64,000 bases of DNA from Catajapyx aquilonaris (lineage: Eukaryota), in NCBI GenBank assembly GCA_000934665.2, contig KZ537958.1:62001-126000 (forward strand). The letters run 5' to 3'. The notes beneath the pieces were generated by a model, which saw only the letters and a program-made list of their open reading frames with translations, ran no database searches and was not told where the DNA came from. Each line of letters begins with the position of its first letter. Positions within the stretch are counted from its first letter, which is position 1. Made by a program: the position numbers and the translations under genes. This document shows, in pieces, positions 13,701 to 25,700 of this stretch.

Positions 13701-16700
13701 TTCGGGTTTTTTTTCTGTTGGACCTATGTGCAAAAGAGGTCTGTGCTGGCGCCTTAATTCCTTGGAGGAAATGGCGATGGAATTGGGTAGTGGCCACCTG
13801 TGCCCCGGTCGGGATTTGGTCTCCGGTGCTTGGCATCAGGAGAGAAACCTTCCCTCCCCAGGGCGTGTCGAGGGGTTCCGCTAATTCCCTGGGCTTTGGG
13901 ATTAAAACTTCTCGCCTGATTCCACTTGCTGATCCCGGAATTCCAAGCAGGCCTCAAGTTGCACGGTCCGGGGTCTCAGCACACCATTTTGCGCCTGCAA
14001 AATGTTGGCTGCCTTTAGCTGTCTTTACGACTTCCACTGCACTGTACGTGCTGGAAGCAAGGATTGCACTGTACTGTACAGAAAATTTGCGACTCTCTGG
14101 TGCGAATGACAGAGAAGGAAAGAGGTTGCTTCCATGTTAATTTGACTGAATAATTTAATGATGCGCAAAAAGATATGGGAGTGCGTTGAATCTGGGAGTA
14201 GCACTCTTATGATATACAGTATTTTATCCAGTTGGATGGATCACTCGGATGGAAGGATTTTCTGCAATTTACACGCAGACTTTACTGTTTTTACAAGCGT
14301 GGGAATGACCGCCTGTAGGCATCGCATGAACTTTCCATGCATTAAATATTAATATTTACACATAATATGCTGATATGAGAATCTCCCTTAAAGAAAACAT
14401 TTCGAAATTAAAGTCTATTTTTGTTTTGTAATGAGCTTAATGTGGTCAAGCTATGCTTATCACAACACTGGTCATTTATGATATATCTCAGTGAATGTCG
14501 CACATTTGTGCCAAATTACCATATATTATTTGTCTTGGATGATAGGGATTAAGCAACCTCTCCCCGTCCACTCCACACCAGACACCAAAAGGCTTAAGCG
14601 ATCTGATTGGCGGAGCAGATAGTGGGGGGCACTGCTCCACCAATCAGATCGGTGGGTACAGTGCAATACAAAAGAAATGCTTGTTTGAAACACTACCGTG
14701 TATGACTTAACCACAGAGGTCGCAACATTCAGGAAATGCCTATTTTTTAAAAAGAAGTTAGGATGTGGGCACTGTCCCTCTTTTGCTTGGAGTATATACA
14801 AATTTTCCAAAAATAACTAGCTTCTTAGTTAAGCCTGCTTGCACAGTACTGCGACGTACTTCACCATATGTTTTAATCACCGAAAGAGGCTACACATCAA
14901 CCTAATGAAACTCCAACCTAATTCCCTGAGCCACACTGTACGCAAGCTTATCGCACAGAGTGTATACACATTGTCTCCTGTTCTGAATTCCAGGTTTGCC
15001 CTACATCCGCTCCATGCCCAAGATATCAGCGGTGGCCGAGGAGACCCTGGTAGTGACTTGCCCCGTGGCGGGATACCCCATCGAAACCATCCATTGGTAC
15101 CGAGGTAAGTTGCATTTTGCCCCGTCTCACCCCCTGCCGAGTAAGCTTCCTGGCTACATGGCGCCCGCCGCCTTATCATTAGCTCAACTTGGCTCCTTTG
15201 GCTTTTGATTTATGCGCTGCCATATAATTAGAGCGACTGCCCCCGCCGGGACTGTTGCCGAGGCCGTCCACTCTTACAATGGGAATTCGATAGGTAATTA
15301 ACGGCGCTTGTTGGAGCAGTCTCCACCCCCTTTTCCTATATACGAACACTCCAAAGGTTACTTCAAAACTATGATTTCCAAAAATTCATTCAGATTCCAC
15401 GATTTAATTTGCCAAAAATTTCCGCGAAGCTGTGTTATATGGATTGGGTGTGAGCTTGCCAGCATGTGTTTTAATTTTTCCACATGGCGTGAATAACGCG
15501 CAACCGGGTATTGTTCGGCTGCTGTGCAATTCGAGCGCGTTTTTTTTGCGCTAGATAGCTGCCGCGGGAGGTGCAAAAAAGTGTCAAAAGTTAGCTGCTG
15601 ATGAACATTGAGTTTAAGCTTATCTGCAATAGAGGCCCGTAATTTGAACTTTAATAATTGATAGACTTTATGCTACAAATTGGACGTTTTTTTTAGACAA
15701 AGCGCAATAATTAGTCAATAAAGGTGTAATTAAAAAGTATTCTAACGAGTAACCCACAATAGGGGGGGTATTTTTTCCCATCAGGTACTTTATAATTAGG
15801 CCACTGTTGGAAAAGAAAAAGAGAATGTGGTCCTTTGAAGTCCGAGCCACTTTACGATACCGCATTGAATATATTATCTCCAAGTTCGCCAAGTTTCTGC
15901 CCCGCTCAGGCATAAACTGCAAACACTGCTCCGACCCTTGAAGAACCTTCATTAAGCCTGATTCTCATTACCTAAGCACTTTCCTTTGACAGCCAAACCG
16001 CAATTGAGTGAGCTTGACAACCTCCCCCATATTTGGGTGGGGAGAGGCGGGGAGGGAGGGGAGGGGAAATTAGTATTACGGGCGTCTCAAAGAAGTCAAA
16101 GTCGAAGAGATATAAGCGTGGAAATTGAAAGGAATGGAGGGAGAATTATCACCGAGTTGCATCAAATATGTTTAGCAAATCAACGGAGCTGTGGAGAGGA
16201 ATTTATTTGAAAAGGAAAATCTGAATCGGTGGTTTTTGCTTTACAGTGCAAAATATTGTTCGGCTTGATCTTTCCAAGCGAGTATATAAGCTGCTGGGTG
16301 CATAAATTCAACAAGTTAGACGCTTTAATACGATGGAGGGATAGTACAAAAGCCTACCCCCGGTTAATGGGGGTATCGCGTTTTTTGATAATGGAAGTTT
16401 CAATGAAAATCGTCGCTGGAAAAGCAGCGTGATGTTAAAATATTATCTGACCGCCCCGAGGATTTTGTCCGATTTGATTTTATGACGTCGTTCATTTTTT
16501 AACATTATCGCACAGGATTTTTTTAAAAAAAAACACGAACTGGAGATGACAGTGTAGACAACAATGCATTGTTGTTAACATACTACGGGCTGCTACGGGT
16601 GTCTTTTTACATGTTATCCTGGAATTCCGAAAACAATCGACGCCGTGAGAAGTTTGACACCGTCCAAGTGCTCAAACATCGATCGTCATCTGACACATAC

Positions 16701-19700
16701 AGGGAGTTGCAGAATTTGGCGAATTTCTTCTCGTACTTAGGTTCTTTGCGGATTTATAGAGTGAAATTGCTTTATTTGATACTTGGAATTTTGGCTTCAA
16801 AAGGGACATAGGAGCACAAAGCCACCTCCGCTTTGTTTCATCCTGGCATGATGCAACCCAACTAACACGCTTAGGCATTAATAATATCTGCACGGGTCGC
16901 CTTACGCGCAGGATATGGGTTATGAGTAAAATTCAGCTAAATTCAATATAATTAGTTTCAAAATTTTGCCAGTCATAAATCAAATAAAAGGTTACATATG
17001 TGAACCTTCAGGGAATATCTTCTACAATATTTCATGAAAGTGACCCGCATGCAACAAGCATGTTCTGACACAACATAAAACATTTACAGGACGCAACTGA
17101 AACGACGATTACACCTTTTCACCACATTTATGGCCAGTAATTTTTAAAGCGGATTAAACCCGATTACAATCCCCCCCCCCACAACTTAACGACCTTTGGA
17201 ATATGGGTTTCTCTCAAAAAAGAAGTATCTCGCCTGCCTGCCAACTGCAGCAAAACCAGCCCCCGGTTTATGAAGAACCATATCCTGACCACATGAAATC
17301 CATATGACGCGCTTCACTGTACACTGCTTATCTGCCAGCGGTCCCCGCCTTTTATAGCCGCCATCGACTGAGTCCTCATCGCTGATCATGTTGATTGCAC
17401 TAGCTATGTTGTTGAAGTTTTGCCATTTGCACCGGTGAAAAAATTGTACGCCATTCCCCCCCAACCCGTTATTAATCCCGACATTCACAGTTTTAAATTA
17501 AAGCGTTTGATCTATGGAAACCCCGGTTGCAAGCGGGTTCTTTGTCCATGCCAGATACAGATTTTAATTAATTTTTTACTCATTAATTCCAAACTTTTTT
17601 ATATATCATTGCAGTCAGCTAACTCTGCAATTGCAACCCCTAGTTTGAAAATCAGTTTCATTGGATGGATAGGAAGTATTCCGGGTTGGAAGCGTTCACG
17701 GGTTATCATAGCCCCCGACACCTGCAAAGAATAGCAAGCGCCCGGAATGAGGCTCCAGGGAACCATAAAAAGCCTGCAGCGTGACAACGGCAACACTGCT
17801 CTTCTCCGCCAGTTCAGACTAAGTGAGCGAACGAGGCAATTTTACGCCACAGACAGCCCGCACCCCCTCGGAACAAATGTGGGCAATAATAACGGAATGA
17901 TGAAATAGGAGTCGCCATTTTTTTTTGCGTTCTCTGAGAGAGAAAACCGCTTCTTTAGGCTGGAGGTATTCATATATCCGGGCGCGTATTTTGTTTCCGG
18001 TTAAATAGGCGGTATTTCACTCAGGTTTTTGCTTGGAGACAGCTTCTTGCCAGCCGAAATTGCGAGGCTCGATTTGGCCCTGGAGATTGCCCCTAGGGCT
18101 GGGAAGTCAGGCGGATATGTATGGAGAGTTGGGATATTAACGTGTAAACCACATGAAAGTAGCTTTGTGGAGTGTACAATGTTGTCTTCGTGGTGTGATT
18201 ACGGGCAAAATTTAATAAGGAAGCTCTTGGGATGGTGCAAATACATTTACAGTCAAATTTGCGATTTGAAATGAATAATGGAAGTCAACAATCGGGTGTG
18301 TACTGTACTGCGGCCGGTTGCAAAATTAGCCGAAATATAATTGTGAACATTACTCTAGGGATGCCGCACAACTTCCTGTTAGGTGTTTCAATGTATTGTT
18401 GAAAATGTTTGCTAAAAAGAGAACTTGTCCGGTGCATAGTGTCGGATCTCATCACACATTAGTCGAGCAACCCTGCTCTATAGTACGTATAAATTTTTGA
18501 TGAATTGTGGCTGCCCCAAGTCTACGCCAGACTTGTTAGGCTATTTCTAGCGGGGTAAACCACATATACTCGTACAGTCAGACGTAAACAAGCTAAAATT
18601 GTAATTGACTCGGAAGAATTTTGGACGCTTGTTCTCTGAAATACACATGAAAGTTTAAATATTTTGCAATTTACACTGTCATATATGCAAAGGCATTTTA
18701 TTAATGACAAAGTCGCATCTAACGCACTGCAGATAGGTTGTTTTGAATGCTTTCTTTTTAGTCAGCTCACTTTTTCCGTCAATTGAGGCAAATAATTACG
18801 TGTAATAAATAAACAATTAATTAACTTTGTAAAAATTAATATTACGTTTAATGAGGAGAATTTTAAAGTGCTTTACCTAATTTTAAAAAAACAACATTGC
18901 GCAATTTTATTCCACAGACTTCCACACCAAGCTCGTCCATCCTCCAAGCAATTGTTTGCTACATAACTTGGTCCAACAACGACACGAACAACGCTGTACT
19001 CTCCCCATAACTCGTAATCTCCAGTTTAACAAGCTCGCTTGTAAATATCCTCCCTAGTTTCGAACGAGCAGCACCATTCCGCCTCTCCGCATTTGCAAAT
19101 TTTCTTCTGCCACGCACATTTTTATCACATAATTTCGACCAGCGCCAACTCTCCGATACTCGGACCTGACAAAAAAAAAGCCCAGTGTATATACATCCAA
19201 CCCCTGAAAATTTTTGAATGGTAGTGGGATGTGTCGCGGACCGAGCCCGTGTCTCCGTAGGGAATCTGCGGCTGGACGTCAGCCTGCATGCTGCATCAGC
19301 TGCCTTCACCAACCCCTGGATTAGCTGACTCGAATTGACTTCCTCATGAATACATTAGCGACCAGGACCCGGGTGTCACTGACCGACAATAAGCGCATGT
19401 CTAAGCGTTGGACGCCTCTTTTTTGTGTGTGAACTGTCTGATAGCCCGGAAAAGTAATGGCGGCTGCCAAGTCGTGCTTATCTGCGGATTGTGATCACAA
19501 AGGCGAGGAATGGTATTCTTTCATCCTGAAATCCCCTGTAGGAATGAGTGTGCTGATGCAGAAATGAAAAGAGCAGGAGTTGGACCCCTGTTGGGAACTG
19601 GATATATTGTGATTCAGAATACGTATAGTCCTATCATCATATTTTTCAACCAAAGAGTTGCGTCAACCATTCGTTTAGTTCGGGAAAAAAATACGCACTA

Positions 19701-22700
19701 CCCACATCATAACTTTCTCAAAAAGTGGGACCTTTGCCACTCCACTCCACCCCATACACCCTAAGCGACCTGATTGGTTGGAGCAGCCTATTCTCCACCA
19801 ATCAGAATGGTGGGTACAGTGCTGTCCATCAGATATCCTCTTTTGAAGCCCTACCGTGCATTGCTTAACCACAGAGGTCGTAATATTTAAGACGTGCATA
19901 TTTTTTTGAGAAGTTAGGATGTGGGTACTGTAGGTACGATAGAACAGTGTTTTCACTTTATTGGACTCGCACCGTAGCTTGATTAGTTTTAACGCACAGA
20001 TTAATTAATGGGGGCCGTCGAGCAGCTTGGGTGCATAATGGCCGCGGGGCACGCATAATTAAACTGTTGCCAGCAAACCCCTGCTTTCTTCCTGTGTGTT
20101 CAAAATATACTGCGAACCCCACCAAGAACCGACCCTATATAAGAGGCTGGTACCGAGTAAAAATAGTCAGAATCAAGAAGCACCCTTGGCTCATTGCAAT
20201 AACTCATCGGGGGCAGCAGTCATAAGCGTTGGGAAGCTCTAACGAAGACTTATGACGACAGGGAGCTATGGCCCTATCTCTATAGTCCTCTTCATCAGCG
20301 AATGCAGTGGCCCCCACTGATAAATCACGTGGGAAAGATGTAATTGCATTTGGCGCAGGTCAGGAAGTAAACAATAACAGGCAGAATCTGAAGTAACGGC
20401 CCTCTTGCGATTATTGCAACTCGGAGGTTGGAAAATTCAATTTACTTAAGCGGCTGTGCTTAAAAAAGATTAAAGTGTGGTAGGAGGGCGCTTAAGTGTA
20501 GGGGGCGGGGGGGTTGAGTAAGCGGTTTCTGGCGAGAAGCGGGTCGTACTTGCAATTATTCGGAAACCGCACTTGAATGCGGTTGCCCCATGGTAATTAA
20601 GGGTGACAATTTGGAGGGACTTCAGGGACCCAAAATACCCGGAGAAGAGGGGCGTGATCCGGTAGGAGAATAAGGGAAAGTAATGCTCGGGCCAGACCTA
20701 AATTGGTGCCGAAACCTGCTTTGAATCCACACCTTGTCCTGTGATAAAAAAAGAGGACGAATTTACTCCAGGTCTTTGTGGAAAAAAACTTCTACAGGAA
20801 ATACAGTACCTGGGAAATTTTTGCTGAACAGTTATACAGTTCATTCCAGTTATTTCTATCAAAATTTTCATTTGTGTGTGTATTTTTTTGCACATGTCAC
20901 CTGCTCCTTATTGGTGTCGTACTGTTGGCGGCTGTACATCTCCGTTCTTATTCCACCAGCGAATAATCCTATCCTTCCCGTTGCAAAATTCAGCGTCGGT
21001 TTTGCCTGGTTTTGCACCCGTCGCAATTGGAACCCCCCCCCCTCCGGATAACTCCCCGATAACGATGGCTGTGCGGGTGCAAGGGAATATCACATGTCGC
21101 TTGACAATGGTGCAACCCACCCTCCCAAAACCTCCCCGCCCAATGTCGACAGCCGTTGCATTTCACATGCAGTCAGTGCAGTCGGACTAACCGCAACACT
21201 CGATTGAATTCATCCGAGAGACAACGTGGCTGCAAATGCGCATTAATGTGTAGCCGAGAGCGAAAAGCAGCATCTCACCGCCAGACGAGCTTCATTATAT
21301 AAGCCTCGGCGCCGTCACAGCCAGCGAAATGACGGAAGAATACTGTAATTGAGTCTAACGATGTGTGACAGGCTAAATGTGTGCAAATTGGGAACTAATT
21401 CCATTACGAAAGGAGGAGGTGCACTATCGGTACGACATTAGCCCCGGAATATTCGCCGGATTATAAACTAGGTTGCATGCATCAAAAGAGTCTGCTGCCC
21501 CCCCCCCCCCCTCCCTGTATCGTATAATACTAACCTCCGATTTTACGAGCGACACTTTAGTCCGGACATGACGCGGGTTAGTCGTCAAGTGTTTAATGAG
21601 AGCAGTTGGAACTTTCTGAAGAGCTGGGGCTGAACCCCTGATTTGCAAACTTTTGCGAAGAATAAAACCGCGCTCGTGCTCAAAATGGAATCCTTGGTCC
21701 TCGTTGAATCCGCAATTCGTACTGACATCGGCGGTTATTTTATTACGAGTCGTACTTAGCACGAGGGTTTTTATTACCAAGATGTTCTGCATTTTTGGAG
21801 CGAGGTCCATTTGTCAAACACACTGGCCACGGGTTTTTTTAAAACAAAGGTTACCTTGAGCGGACGTCAATGCAAACGGCAGCTCATAAATTACATGGAA
21901 TTTGAGCTTGGTTCAAAAAAAAAAAAACCTTTCCGGAGACCTGAACGAGATGAAACATGGTATCCGCAACTCTTTTCGGTTGATTACCCACTCTGTGTTT
22001 GCAACTACGGTTGTTTATCTTCCAATTAGCCCTGAACGTATAAAACGCAAGCCCTGTGTAACTCATTTTAGGGGTGACGCTAATGAGCAAAGCATTTAAA
22101 AGCCTTGTGGGTTGCAGTTAATCTGTCAGAGGCAACATTATGCCCTGTTTGGAACTTCGGTGGTGAAACCGAGCTCTAATCCTATTAAGGTGCAATGACC
22201 CCTCCGACGCCCCGTATTATGCCGATGCCGTACTAATGTATCCGACGTCGTCGTTGCCTCTCAATCTGAATTCATACACCGTCATTAAACCGAATCTGGC
22301 GTTAGGATTCGGATCACGTCGGAGTAGTGTTCCCTTACCTTTTGGAGGCTCGCACTTGTTCGGGAGACCATTAGCCTAATGTTGGGGTAATGGCCACATC
22401 GGAATCCGATCCTGATGAGCAGATACAATGCGCTGTTCCCCAGGCACAAAAGAAGCTGTGTTAATTGAGCCGACAGAAACACGAGCATTGCAGGGTGAGT
22501 CAGAATCCAGTCGACAAAGGGTAGATTGGACCAAAAGGAGACTAAAATGTAGGGGTGAGAAATGTCGAAAGAGCAGACATTAGCGATGTTATGGTGCCCC
22601 TTAGACACACGCGGCCACCCGCTAAATTTACGTCTTTATCAGTTGGTCTTTCAACTTGTCCGTTCGCAGGAGACCGTCTTCTTCCGCTGAGTCGCAGGCA

Positions 22701-25700
22701 GACTGTCTTCCCCAACGGTACGATGGTCATCGACAAGGTTCAGCGTAGTCAGGATAGCGGTACATACACTTGTAGTGCCAGCAACAAGCAGGGTCGGACT
22801 GCATCGGGCAGCGTGGAAGTCAGCGTCATGGGTAGGTGTTTCGTTGTTGTGGCTATTCAGATATGCACATGTCAGGCTTCAGTGTCCTTAATGTCGCTGC
22901 AGGTGGGTGCACAAAGTTATTACACAGTTGAAAGACCTTGTGCAACCGTTTCGTGCGACTTTTTTGCAGGATTTTATCACCAGGCGTAGAAATTATTGTT
23001 GTAATAAAATGATCCAAATATTGCAAGGGATGTAGACTGAAAGTTTATAGTTCACGTGCAGAAAAATTGAAAGTATAGCGTATATTTTCGCATATTACAC
23101 TGACCTAAAATTCACGCATGAATCACGTGATACGAACTACAAACTATTTTGTGATCAGGGTTGGTGTTGCATAATTTATTTTGCTGAATAATTGGTCCAG
23201 GTATGCAGTATTTGGATCGCGTAAATTTACGACAGAACATAAATCATTGATAAGAACTGCAATAATTAGAACCTTGCATTAGATGATCAAACAGTATAGT
23301 TTAGGATTGCACAAAATGGTTATAATGCACTTAGTACAAAATTGTTCGTACAATGCTTGCAATAATTTGTACCTCTTGTCTCTTACAGTTCCGGTATTAT
23401 CATTCTATCCATGTGCTTCATAGAATTAAGCTTATTAAATCTCTCTTGCAGAGTGTCACCGGATTAGAACGTCTCATTATAATCTCTCTGTAGATTAACA
23501 GTATATCAATTCTAATTCCATTAAATTCTCTCTTGTTGAAATATATTTAATCCTACTGCATGTGCAATAATCGGATAGTGTCATGCAGGTTTGGTGAAAC
23601 GCAAAATCACTTACATTAGTTTCATCAAACCCGTAACTGTAGTTCAATATCAAGCTAACTCTGCACCACGATTGAAAAGGTTGTGTAAAAATCAATTTTA
23701 ATTTAGAGTATTATATGAATTTTTATAAGATTAGTGCTGCAATATGTAAATACATGCCATGTTTCAATCCTGGTTGCATGCGCATTTTAAAAATCACACA
23801 TGTCCTCATTTCACTTGTAGCTGAGTGACATAAAAATGTTGGTGAGCCGTGAGAGGGATGCCCTGTAACCATGTATGCTGACTCTGGCAACGTTTTCTAC
23901 TCTTTCAGTCCCGCCAAAGCTAAACCCTTTCAGTTTTCGGAGTGACTTACATTTAGGGGAGCGCGTGGGACTCCAGTGCATGGTCAGTAAGGGGGACAGT
24001 CCCCTGGTGATGGAGTGGTCCAAGGACGGGCATCCAGTGTCCGTGCTGCCGGACGTGGTAGTCCGTGGGCTGGACGAATACACCAGCATTCTATCCATAC
24101 CTGCCCTGAAGCAAAGCCACAATGGCAATTACACTTGCACCGCTCGCAATGGGGCGGCCTCAACCTCTTACTCCGCACGACTGTCCGTCAACGGTACGAA
24201 GGTGTCCAGAGGGTCGTTGGTAGAACAGCCAAGCGAGCACAGGCCCGGAAAATGGCGATCCGTATTGCGGGGGTTCAACAGGAAGAAATGTTGCACGAAC
24301 CAACCGGTTTATAATACACCCAGAAAGGTCCCTTGGTGCAACCTTACTTCTACCCGTCTTTTTAAATAAATTAAACAGAGAAAAAAACGGGAATGTTTTT
24401 TTTAAAAAAAAAACCCTCTCAAAAGGGACGCCTTTTCCATTCCGTCGGCTCGCAGTATCTTCACTTTTTTTCCTCCTCGTTGGTCGTTTTCCAAGTCTTT
24501 TCGTTCCCTTTTTAAACAACTTTGGTATACTTCCTTCTATCTTTTCAGTACCTCCTCTGCTCTCGCCCATCTCCTTTGGAGACCTTTCAGAGGGGGAGCG
24601 GGTTCAAGTAACATGTAGTGTGAAACGTGGGGACTTGCCTCTGAATATCACCTGGCTGAAGGACTCCAAACTGATTTCCCTGCATGAACTAGACATCAAC
24701 TTTAGAACCCTTGATGGCTACTCTAGCATTTTAACTATCCCTAGAGTTACGTCTAGACACAGTGGCAACTACACTTGTGTAGCCCACAATCCCGCCAAGG
24801 AGGTCAAGTACACGGCGGAACTGGTGGTCAGTGGTAAAGTAGCCCAACTTCTCTCATCTTTTGCCCTTACTATTACGAAACTATGCTTGCTGTGATGTGG
24901 TAGTACAACATGTTGCATGTCACGGAATGAGATCCTTTCCCACCCACCACCCACCAACCCACCACCGAGGCCTTCAAATCTGCGTCATTATGGGCACGGA
25001 ATCATCAGTCATGCAGGATCAAGCGAGAATGTCTCCACCCACCTCCTCTTGTGCACACTTTGCACCTCCATCATGACGTTAATGGCAATAATTATTGGCC
25101 AACAGCTGTACAGCTCTGTGTTGATGCATCAGTATCGCATAGAGCCGGCTTCCGCGCTTATCAATAATAATTATTATGGCCGTTGCAGGTAATTAGAGTC
25201 CAAGTGGACCGTAAATCCAGTGTAGCCCTGGCAGTTTGCATACATCACTCTGGGCCCATGGGTGCAAACGCCCAAAGTTGCGGGCCAAGCAGGTGTATGC
25301 ACGGAGTTTGATTGATGCCGATACCTGCGGCGAAAAGTGTCGTCACCGTGAGGCAAAATTAACACCTGTCAACATTGCTTGGACAATAATTTTTTTTTTT
25401 CGGGGAGGCATTACTTGATTGCATCCGAGCTTTTACCACACTGCATTTGTTGCATGCTGCATGACCGCACATGATATATAAAGGCGCACACTTTTGGAGG
25501 CCTCGTAGCCTGGTAATTGCATCCACCTTCACTCCCCATAAGAAAGTTGGAACTTACAAAAACCAGTTTTTTACAATTTATTATTGTGATTATTCTTCTT
25601 TCGATGCCCCTTCTTGGGTTTCGTTAGTCCGGTCCATGCACTGATGTGAACGCAAAATGCCCCTGCCTTCAAATCAGGTAAACACGTTTGATTTTGAACC

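Noticed and set aside
9347..22669. Hidden arrays of alternative Ig exons in the two large introns
   Set aside because: No additional Ig-like Cys/Trp motif exons seen by eye or in the ORF track; degenerate copies cannot be excluded without tBLASTn.
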